Shown: in pieces, positions 24,861 to 35,900 of the stretch
Layout: each line of letters starts with the position of its first letter
Position numbering within the stretch: the first letter of the stretch is position 1
From: Raillietiella orientalis
Taxonomy: Eukaryota
DNA length: 64,000 bases
Direction of reading: 5' to 3'
Assembly (NCBI GenBank): GCA_036172245.1
Contig: JAYWIR010000017.1
Location: 1,178,001 to 1,242,000 of the forward strand
The notes under the pieces: model-generated
Seen by the model: the letters and a program-made list of their open reading frames with translations, nothing else
The model's database searches: none
What the model was told of the DNA's origin: nothing
Program-made: the position numbers and the translations under genes

Positions 24861-27800
24861 GCTCACTCCCTTCTGCACCAATGCAGCATCTCTTTCATCT
24901 TTCGCTTTGTTGTCCTTCTCCATACGCTGGAATCGATCGCTATCGCAAGTGTTCATGTGACACGGTCGTTCATTTTTCATGTCCGTTCGGGATGAAAGAT
25001 ACATCCATTTTGTCTTCACAATCTGTTTATAGTATTTTAAATCTAAACACAGATTTGTAATCCAACGATTATGTTTTCCTGTTCCTCTCTATCTGAATCC
25101 CTTTCCGGTTCTGACACAGGAGAGAAGCTGTCTCGAAAGCTTCTTTGTTTGCCGGTTATCCTTCTCTTTTCCCTGATCCAGCACGAAGTCGGGAAAATCT
25201 CTTTCCGTCTGTTCGTTTCCCGTTGCCCCGCTCGCAGCAGCAAGCTTACAAAAGCAACTTGCGCTATAAGTCAGAGAATACTAATTTGATTACGTCATCA
25301 CACACTCCAAGCACTGCAAAGACTTCCCTTCGACGTTTAAAACATCTCCCTTCCCCCTGCTATTCATCTTGGCGACGCCCAATGTTTTCTTGTACTACTT
25401 CTTGCACTTTAGCATGGATTTTACCTATTCCCGGGTCGGGGAATCAACGTTTCCGCCAGAAACCTGCTGCGGATGTGATTGCGCTTTCCTCTTCTAAACT
25501 CCGGAATTCCTTCTTCGTCCACTCCCTGTCTGTCATTTGCACTCGGCCGACTGTCGCAAATTTCCAATAAAAACCGACCTGCAGAGTCCTGCCTTTCCCT
25601 CCTCCCTTATTGTTAATCCTCTTCTACCATTCACTCTTTATTGTATCTTCTCTTATTAATCCGAAAGCGCTCCTCCGTAGACCTCCAGCCACGAGCGCTA
25701 GGAGGATTCAATAATAGTAGTAATAACTCTTGTTGCCATCCTCAGTGCGGAGCTTCTTCGTTCCTCGCATCCCGGAAGATCACCGGTGTGCAGCGGCGGC
25801 TCGAACCGCGCTCGCAGCACGAGCGCAGGAAGAATAAGAAGACACACGAGGTGCATGCTGCACGGCCTTTTTTTTTTTTTTCCCCCTTTTTCGGCGGGCC
25901 TCGTTCACCACCACCGGCAGCACAGAGGACCGTGCTGTTCTTGCGGGGCACGGTCGGAACTTCCGCCATCCATCTCATTTTCGATGCTCCGGTCCCATTT
26001 TATCTTGACAAACGAACGCGCTCTCGGAGAGCGGAGGGATATCAAAAAGGATTTTCTTGCCGTCCACTCCGGCCTGCGACATCCGAGAAATGACGATGCA
26101 CTTGAAAAAGTTTCCGGTGCTCCCGAACTTCCATCTCTGGGATGAGTTTCGATTTCCTTGCAAATGATTTGGAGTTTCGTCCGAGTTCCTTGTGCTCCCC
26201 GTTTTCCTCTTTACGCGCGGGATGCCTTCCTTTCCCGAATTCGTTGTTTATGGAATCAACCCTGGTTTCCTAGTTTCGCCTTTTTTTTTTTTTCCAGGAA
26301 TTCTCGAGAGCATAAAATGAATTTTGCAAGTTTTTTTTTTTTTTTTTGGGGGGGGGGAAGGGAACCGAGATTTGAATCGACTAGTCGCTAACGATCTCCG
26401 GACCTACTTTCGGCGGTAGCCCCCCAATCATTCTAAATCTTCCTGTAAAGATCCTTTGGAACAAAGTGGGGACACACACACACACACATCTGTTGCCTCT
26501 TAGCAGCTCCTGTCTTCTTAGCGGCTCCCGCTCCTGACGATCACGCAATTAATCGTCGTTTCGTTCGAAATATGAGCTGTAAACTGGGTCATATCACGAC
26601 TATATCAAAAAGTAATTAAGGAATGCATCGCCAGCCTTTCGAATTCCTGTTTGGCATGCAACATAAATCCTTCGTCCCCAGTGTATCTGCTTTTCCTTTG
26701 ACTTTTAAATAACATTCTTTCGATGCAATTTGTTATCGGCGAATCCATAGAAATCATGTGATTTATGATGTCACGAATTCTGCATTAAATACCGACTTGT
26801 AGAATGCTTTTCCGAAGTTTATTAGCGACGCGCTTTAAACCAGTTTGACGGTGGCAAGGACGGAAGTGGAAATCAAGGAATCTAGAGGACAAGTTCCATG
26901 ACGTGCAGTTGCTCGGAAACAACGGATGCAAAACTGGAACCAATTATCGGCTCTGTTCGGTTTGCCTTTGCTCGGAACCGGAATTTCTACTTGTGGATCT
27001 ATTTCGCGGGAGACGAACGAAATACGAGATATAATTCAGCGTTCATTAACTTTCTTTCTCCCATTCAGCGAATTCTTTTCGACGAAAGAAGGTTACCATG
27101 GCAACGCGTCTCTCAAGACAATCAATCTCCTCGCCATCTTCCTGCATTTTTTCAAGTAGCACCGCATAATTCAATCATTGTTCAGGGTATTGAAGAGTTT
27201 TTTATTATCATTATTATTATTATGATTATTATTTTTCCTCTCTCTCTCTCCCTTTTTTTCCCTTTGTTAGCTTGGATGCTTTGGCATTCTGTGGGGAACA
27301 AATACAGTACGAAGGAGCGCTGTGACACGGAGCGTGCACGTTTACACGGCAAGTGTACACACACACTTGGTAACGATTCGCGGCTACTTTCTTTTTTTTC
27401 CCGGCATAATCGCTACACACACGTTGGTGTTTTTTTTAATAGTTCATTTTTTTTTTTTTTTTTTTCCGTTTCCTCTCTTCTTCACCCCTTTTTGTCTGAG
27501 ATGGTCCAGCTTCATTTTTCAACACGAGTGCATTTCATTTTCCTGACGGCGGGATATCTCGGAGCGATAGGAGGCGAAATGGGTCGAGGATTTTCTCTCA
27601 ATTAGGCTCCTCTGACCGCTTCGCTCATACACGGCTCTCCGCGGAAAATCGATATCTCTCAATTGTAGACGGAGAGATGGCGCTAGTTCGACCGCAAATG
27701 GCTCAGTTCCCGTTTGATAGCCTGAGCGTGTGGTGCGGTGAAATTGCGGGGTCTGCACGTGAGAGTTTCCCGTCTTCGCGGAATTCCTGACGAAATGACA

Positions 27801-29459
27801 AGGGACCACGGTGGACTTGCTCACGGGATAACGGATGCATCCAGGCTAAGGTAAACGTTCCGAGGTGTCACAGACAGAGGGAGCCTGTTGTGAAAGTTGT
27901 TTTTTTTTTTTTTTTTTTCTTTCGACGGGAAGGTGGTGCAGAGAGAGAGAGAGAGAGAGAGGGAGAGATACTGTGTTCGCTGCGGCTTGCTGGTGCAAGA
28001 TGCCCCCCCCCCCCCATTCCCTTGTTGTGTGTATGTGTGTGTGTGTGTGTGTGCCTCTTCAATCGGGACCGCAATGATGCAAAATCACCTTCTTCGCTGC
28101 TGCCAGCAGGAGCGCGCGTAAACTGGGACCGTAACCAAGGAGTGTCCCCCCCCCCCACCCGTCCCCTCCCCCTCCCACATGCACGCACACAGAATGAAGC
28201 CTTCCGGTTCGTCTTTGATACGTTGTTGCCGGAGACGTAGGAGACGAAATCTCTCCTCAACCAAGACCCAACACCGTTCCGCCTATGGCAGCTCAGCTTG
28301 CAGATCTCGTGCCTGCAGACCATTACTTGATCGGTTTCTGGCGTTTGTTCGAAGCCCCCCTCCTTCGAAAAATGGAAAGGGAAAGAAAAAAAAAAAAAAA
28401 AAAAAAAGCGAATAATTTATAACCAGGTGTTACGTGTAGTTATCGTCAATAGTCGTGAGCCGTGTGATAAGAGTGCAAACGCAGGAATCTTTCTTTCGTC
28501 AGCCTTTTTTAACCATGTTAGGCAGCAATAAATCTGTAGAGAGGAGATGGTGTCTAGGAAGAAGTGAATGGAGTCGAGTTCGTATAGGAGGTGGAGAGCA
28601 CCGCGAAACACGTGTGCGGCGTACATATGTGGCGGCTGCCTGAGCAGACGGACTACCTCAGGCTGATCAGTCATTTGTGCGTTGTGCTTGTTCTTTTACG
28701 TGCACGGCGTCGTCGTCGGAGGGTGCGGTTAGCAGTGGAACCGCGGCATCCTCGGTGCGACATGCGACTGTCCGTTTCCCCTTCCGTGCTGGTCACGTTC
28801 CTTCCGAAAGCCAGGCTGGACGCAGCTGCCGGGCGCCACCTCATCATCTCGGACCGCCGCCCGTTCTCGTCCCTGGAGAATTAGCCACAGGTGAACGCGT
28901 CCTTCCTCGTTCCTCCTCCTCCTCCTCCTCCTCTGTCGATCTCCGCGAACGGAATGGCAAGCAGTCTGCCTGCCTGCACGGGGGGATCTGTCGGTACTCC
29001 TCTTCCTTGTTTTCCCGAAAGCGGTCCGCGGGAACGGAACGTGGGATGACGCACAAGTTGCCGCTTCTGCTTTCTCGCCGGGCCTTTCTCGTTTTTCGCT
29101 GAGAGAGGGTCGCGCTGCCTGTGCACGTTCTCACTAATTGCTGGGTCTCGGTGCGTTTCGCAGATTCGCTCGTGAAGTGAACGCCTGCATTATTTATCCT
29201 TTGATGCTACAGCTGATTCTCCTGGAAACGCTCGCAGTGTACGCATGATGTTTTTGGAAGAATCTCGTTATTAATGTGCGAAACGGGAGGTGAAAGATGC
29301 TTTCTTTCCCGAACATTCTTTGATCGTTCCTCATCCTCCTCCTCCTCCCCCCCCCCCTTTTTTTTTTCTTTTTCTTCTTCTTTTGTTTTTTGTTTTGTTT
29401 TTTTTTTTTTTTTGAGAAAATTTGGGATTTACGTATTGATTCGTCCGTCATTTTCGTGA

Positions 29460-32300
29460 ATCCAATGGCCGCCGCCGCTTTACACTTTTTCAGCTGCCGC
29501 CGCCTCCGCGTCTGTTTCTTTTCCGGGTTCTCCACGCTCGATGCTTTTAACGGACCGTCCGTTTTTATCGGGACGGCAGGGCCGCGGCCAGCACGCGCAG
29601 TTCGCCGGGAGAGGAGACGAGAGTTTGCGTTCCTCTTAGGAGTTCCCGGGCAGCAGCGCCGTTCCTCAGGGGGAGGATGTCTGGTTTCTCCCGCGGTCCG
29701 CGCCCTGCCACATTTCGCTCCGATCCGCGCGGCGGGTGCGCATCGTCCAGCGTTTTCCGGATGCTCCGAGCAGGCGCTCGGCGCTGCTGCTTGTCGTGTC
29801 GCTCTTCGCGGCGTTAGCCGGGAACGAAGAGGAGGAGGAGGGGGAGGGGAACTGCCGGTTTGTTCGGTCGAAGGGCCTCCTCATCTCGCCGCATGGCTAG
29901 GAACAAGTATCCGGAGGACAAAGGGGGGGGGGGGATGGACGCTCCTCGGGGGCGGTGCGGATCGTCCGCCACCGCCAGGACGTTCCGCCGGAATACCTGC
30001 CGGTCGGCCTCAGCGGCCGTCCGCCCGCGTAAGAATGCGCGCTCGGGCGACGGCGCTGTTTACCGGACCATCGCCCCGATCGCCCGCTGCTTCTCCCTGC
30101 ATCTCGGTCCTTTCTCTCTCCCTCTCTCTGTCTCGGTGCTCCTCGATGCCGTCGTCAAGGCGATCGGGCGGACTCCACTCCACCCTCCGCACTCTTTTTC
30201 CCCGTTCCTCCCTTGCTTCTGCCGGCCAACCCTCCGCCGGCTCACCCGTGTCGCTTGACGCCAGGTCTTCCCTTCGGTTTCTCTCCTCTCGGTCAGAGGG
30301 CGAGGGAGAAGTCGCGTTCCCTTGGGAACAAGTCGCATCGCGTCCTCGAGGGAAGGCTAGTCTTCCCGTCAAGGGTGGCTCAGGAGGCCTCCGTGCGTCC
30401 CGCGGTCGGTCTTGGAAGTAGCAGAGGGCCTCCTCCCTCCCTTGTCTCCCAGGCGGGGAGGAAGAAGAGACATGAGAGACGAAAGCTCCGGATTCGCTTT
30501 CGCACTTCCGAAACCGCCTCCGGGGCCGGCTCACGCCGGGATTCCCGGACGCCCTCCCTCCCTTACTCTCTCTCGCGCGCCTTCCGTCGCCGTCTCGCGT
30601 GATGAGCCTGCAGACGTGCGCTGGTGTGTGCTCCCGGGTTCGTCCCCTGCCCCTCCCCTTCCCTCGTTTTCCGTTGGGGCGTCTGACAGCACTTGCTCTT
30701 AGGAAGTTCCGGCTGTCCCAGCGCTCTCGTGAATTGGCAGCGGCGGCAGGGGCTGCGCCCCTTTTTCCCGGCTCCTCTTCGGGACCGGGAACTTCCCTGC
30801 TGCTCCCGTGCTCTTTTCCTCTTTCCGCGCTGCGTTCCAGATATCCTCCTCTGGACCTCCCCCTTCCTTCTCCCGTCGCCAGGTAACGAGCGGATCGTCT
30901 GCGCAGCCTGGCTCAGCGCCGGGACGCGCGGACAATCCGCGTGGAAGGAGCGGAGGTTCCGTCCGTTGCTAGGTGACGAGGGAAGAGCTCTGGAGGGAAG
31001 CGCAGGTCATCTGAACGCGTCTCTTCATCCTTGGCGGCGTGTTCTGCGGCTCTTGAAGGTGCTCGCTGGTTGGTGCGGGCAGTACGGCGCCAGGCGCGTC
31101 CCGTTCACTTTGCCCGCCCCATAGCGCCCTCAAGGAGGGCGCTCGTCTCCTCCCTCTCCCGAGGTGGGAGGAGTCCTTCTTCCGTGCGGGAGGAGGAGGT
31201 ACGTGATGGCATCGGCGGCAGCAGCAGCAGCAGCTTTCTCAGAGGCGTCCAAGACTGCGGTTGGCCCTCCAGCCCGGCAACTTCGCTTTCCTTCAGCTCC
31301 GCTGCGGTGCTCGCGGCGCTCCCAGGTGCTAACCCGGCCCGCGAGCACTCTGTTGCTCCGGAAGGAGCTTTGGATTGGCTCGGCGAAGCGCGCGTGCCGG
31401 CTCCCGTCTTGTCCACGCCCAAGTATCCTCCGTCTCCCGGGGGCGGGAAATTCTCCTCCGTCGCGGTTCCCTTTCTTCGCTCCCGGACTACGGAAGCTGC
31501 AGATGAGCATCGTCTCCCGGTTGCCATCGCGCATGCGATCTTTTTCCCAGTCGCATGGATCGCCCTCTCGTTTTGCTCCGCGCTCGTAAGGCGCGCCGTG
31601 TTCTGGTGGCCGCCGCCGCCTGCTCCGCGCGTCGTCCGGTGCTCGTGCGTGTTACCGCGTAGAGATCTGTTCACCGTTGCTCGACATCCCGCGGCTGCGT
31701 ACACCTCGCCTTGCAAACGACCCTCAGTGGCATCGCCGTGCCTCTCCGCCCGTCGATTCTGGGAGGCAGGCACACGCCGCGCCCCCCTGTCCGCTTGTCC
31801 TTCTCCAGTGCGCACACGCGAGAGCCCCTTGCAGCATCTGCCTGTACTGTTCCGCCCTTCTCGCAGTGGAAGCGCCGGGACACCCACCCCACCTGGGAAC
31901 GGGAAAGAGTCTTCTTTGCATGTGGACCCCGGTGCTCTGGGGGTCGCCAGATTTTTCGTTCTCCTGCGCTTCTCTTGCCCTCACCTGAGGGGCCCGAAAC
32001 GGGGAAGGACCCTTCGGGATACGGCTTCTTCCACCCTCTCGAAGCGCCCCCAGTAGGCACGAGTTGACGCTGATGGCCAAGCATTAACGTACGCGGGGCC
32101 CCCTCAAGGCAGGATGCAGGCGCGTGTTGGCGTCCTCTCGCGTCTCTTCCGCATCCTGCCTTCTTCGCGCCGGACTTGCTTCCTTCCAGTTGTCCGCTTC
32201 TTAGCGGGCGACGCTGGAGAACGTCGCGGCAGCGCCGCACGTGTCCTCCTCCCTCGTACCCTTCGCCGTCGACGGTGCTAACCAAGCGTGGTTGCTTTTA
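29460..32300 (+). promoter_or_regulatory. GC/CpG-rich region upstream of the NK7 start codon; probable promoter, 5'UTR exon(s) and first intron
   Basis: Visibly GC- and CpG-rich block ending at a splice-acceptor-like site (32278-32301) just before the ATG. It contains donor-like sites CAG|GTAACG (30883) and GAG|GTACGT (31199). No TSS can be pinned down. Confidence 0.4.
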
Positions 32301-32374
32301 GGCAGTTGCGAGGTTTCCACTGAGGGCGCACGCACGAAGCGAATTGGACGGCTACGAACAGCAGCACTCCCAGC

Positions 32375-32963
32375 ATGAGTTCGACGTTCCTGCGGCACAC
32401 CTGGCACGCCCACGTCTACGGCACTCCTCCGAAAGAGCCCACGCCTCACTTCATCGCCAACATCCTCGGTCTGAGAGGGAGCATCATGTCTTCTTCTCCC
32501 ATGGACAACCCAGCCGGTCTCGTGACGGGCGACGTGTTTGTGGACAAATCCACGCGGCGGCCCAGCCCTTCTCAGTTCGATTTCGAAGACAGTGACGGCA
32601 GCTCCGCGCTGCCTTCCAGCGGATTTGCTTCTGACCACAGCTCTGGAAGATCATCTGCTTCCCCCATCTCCCGAGATTTTCTTGTGCCTGTGATCTCAGT
32701 TCCCAAGTATGAAGGTAGTAAAGCCTTCTCCATATCTCGTTTCGGGAGAGCAAAACCTTTCATCAAGGGACCCGAGGGAGATTGCGAACCGTTGAATCTT
32801 TGTGTTAAAGCCGAGAAACCAGACAGCGTTTCCGGAAAAAGTGTCACCATGCAGAGACTGCCTTCGTTATTCATGGCGGTCAGGGAAAACGTCCGCGACC
32901 AGGACTTTCCCCATGATACTTACATGAGCATGCCTGATGGACCACAGCTGGATAAAATCAAAG
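32375..32963 (+). CDS. NK7: NK7-type homeobox transcription factor, coding exon 1 (196 codons + 1 nt)
   Basis: ATG at 32375 with an in-frame upstream stop (TGA 32321-32323). Encodes MSSTFLRHTWHAHVYGTPPKEPTPHFIANILG (eh1-like), a Ser-rich region and EPLNLCVK. Ends AAG|GTTCGC followed by poly-T. The phase-1 donor matches the phase-1 acceptor of exon 2 (G|TT = Val). The link to exon 2 is inferred from phase and motif content. Confidence 0.8.
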
Positions 32964-35900
32964 GTTCGCTGTTTTTTTTTTTTTTTTCCTCTTTTTGTTT
33001 GCTTGCCTTTTCTTTCCTCTCCTGCCTTCCGCTTCCTGACCTTCCCTGGTGTTCTCGAACAGGCGCACAGGTCACGGTCCAATGGAAGCGCTCCCGTATC
33101 TCTTTTCTCCCGAAATCCGTTTTCCTTCTTGTTGGACGGCAGGATCCGTACAAGCGTCTCATCATTTTTCTTGCTTCTTTTCCGATGTCCTCATGAACAT
33201 CTGGTTCGGATGCTGATGCACTCGGTTACGGGTATCGGCAGCAGCAATCCTTCCTTTCCTCCCCCTCTCCGTATCTCGGAAATGATTTGACACCGATTAC
33301 CAGCCATCGCTCCTGGCTGTAGATCACTCGTGTTGCGGTGTATGTTTTTCTTGTGTGGAGCTTCACAGATGTGTCTGTAGGTTTTGCCTGTCCCCACCTT
33401 AATTGGGATATTTTCCGGCTGTTCCTCAAAAAAGCATGACGCTGCGGTTTCGCTGCGATTCCCGTAATCGGTCATCTGCAAGCCGCGCGTTGCTACGTGT
33501 GAACTTTCCGTGCATCCGAAATGCAAACGGGCGGTTTCCAAGTGCCGGGATGGTTTCGTAAAAGAGTACAACGAGATGCCGTCTACATCCGACCGAACGG
33601 CAAATGGGGGCGCTCGTGAGTGATGCTCACTCGCACATCACTCACGGCTGCTGTCGGCGGCAAGATTCGCTCTTCATTTCGGAACACTTGAAAGAGCGCT
33701 CGTGGAGGAGCCCCTTCTCGTGTGCAGCCCCGGAAAGCTCGGATCGAAAGGCCGGGCAGTCGGGCTGGACCCGAGTGTTTTGCAATTCGGTTATCTCGCG
33801 GAGCTCTCCATGCGGAAACAGGCCCAGCCAAAAGGGGATGCGAGCTGATAACGCCCGTTCTGATTGCGAATTCCGATGGAAGCAAACTGGTCGTCTGCAG
33901 TCCCGTATCGATTTGCATCCCCCTCGGTTTTCACGTTTTTACGGGAAACGGGGCAGCGAAACGTAAAAAGCAAGGTTGCTCTCGTTCGGGAATTACTGCC
34001 AGCGTGCGATGATGTAAGAAGGAGGAGGAGAAAACTCCCGGTGCAAATTTTGGACGCAGCGCCTGTTTATTCTCGAAATATCCGTTGAGCCGAGCTTTTC
34101 AAGTTCATTACCGGCATATAAAGGATGGAGGGAGAAGTCCCACGATACGGGGACTGCATGAGCGTGCTGGCATTCCAAGTCCCCACTGCGACTGCATTCA
34201 TTCATTGGAACCTCTTGCTGGGAGTTCGCGAGCTTATCTTTAACGCTCACGTCATCGGGATGACGCGATTTGCATATCCGAGAGGTGACTTTTCGTTGTT
34301 GTTTTCTCTCTCTCTCTCTCTCTCTCTCCCTGGTTTACATTTCCTGTTTCACAACACATTCGCGTTTTTGCTTCATTCGTTAAGAGCGCAGCGTGAAGTC
34401 ACTCGAAAATTTGCATTTTCCAGGACTTCGGCTGCTGGAGACACTTTCTTGTCAAGCTGCTCTTTTTTTTTTCTCTTTTTTTGAAACACACCACGCACAC
34501 CTGTATACATATCTCATGCTGTACATTTACATAAGGCATGTGTTCGTCGTTGTTCGAGATTGAAAAGAGCAAGTTGCGTTCTCCTGGATTCATTCGGCGG
34601 CGTATGCATGAGATGCTGCTCGTCCGATAATCCGGCTGCGATTAAGTGTTTGCGTTTGGCTTTCCTCTCTCTCTTTCTCCCCCCCCCCTCCCTCTCTCTC
34701 TCTCTCTTTTTTTTTTTTGCGAAAAAGAAAGAAAGAAAGAAAAGAAAGGATTTATGCATTCCTCGTCCGATGGTGAATAATCTGCGAAATGGTGACTTGT
34801 AATACGTTTTGCGAGAGTTCATGTTTAAGCGAATGTGACCAAAGCACCGCGTGGATTCTCCTCGATATGAATTAGAAAGCTTTTTCCTGACCTTGAAAAG
34901 CGATCCAGCCTCGGTTCCAGCAGTTGCTGCGAACTTCTAATTATCTGTGCTCCTCCCAAGCTTTCTGAAATTACAGCATTAAGGATGCATGAAACGATTG
35001 CTTATTGGTGTTAAGTTGAGCACATGTTTTCTAAAAATCGAAAGGAAGATTCGTGGAATATCCACGAAAACGGAGACGGAAACAAGTTGTCGGGTAGAGG
35101 ACAGAAGAAGAAGAAGAAGAAAAGGAGGAAGAGGAAACAAACTCCGCATCCTTTAATAAAACTCGTAATTTGTCATTGTGTTTCTCGCAGCACACGTGTG
35201 CCTCGAATATCCATCAGACGTAATAAATCGACGTGCACTAACAGCATTATTATGCATACTTGGAACTTTCCCTATTTCCCTCAGCTAATATGTCGTTGCT
35301 TCTTTAATGCGGGCAGTTTATGTTGCCTATGCGTTATTGCGACGGTTGCCAGCATCTCCGCGGCCTTCACTGCACGTTTAAATTGTGCGCGTGAGCGCTG
35401 TCGATACGCGGATGGTACACCCATTAGTAAGGGATTTTCCTCTTCATGTAGTAATAATAATAAAAACGGAACTGTTTGCAATACTGGGGATTTTCGCTGA
35501 TCTCCACCGTGTTCACGCATTCGTGGCGAGGAGGTTTTCGCTCCCTTTGCCGTACCCGACCCACGCGGAATACCCCCGGACGTGTACGGGTCCTCCGGGG
35601 CTGGTCCCTCAGGTTGGCCACGGGCATAATCCGTGAATCCAATTCACGTTTCTGGCTTTTCGAGCCGGGACGCACTTTCTTATCCTCTTCCAGCAGCCAA
35701 AAATACCTTCCGCAAATAAATTTCTTTGCCTTTCGCATCGAGCTATCACTCACCTGCTTTCTATTTGGATGATGCCAAGGTATGCTTCCGACGCGTAACC
35801 TGCCTATCGGTTTCTGGAAATCTGGATTATCATTCCGAAAAGGATCTCTCTGGGACTGATTTTTTTTCTTTTTTTTTTTTCCTATCCACTCGAGTCCGAA

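Noticed and set aside
29390..32056. 343-aa and 341-aa ORFs upstream of NK7
   Set aside because: GC-driven open frames with no domain; not in frame with the NK7 ATG, which has an upstream in-frame stop.
32964..33196. C-terminal part of the 273-aa ORF (GSLFFFFFSS...)
   Set aside because: Read-through into the intron past the donor at 32964; the poly-T tract gives the poly-Phe.
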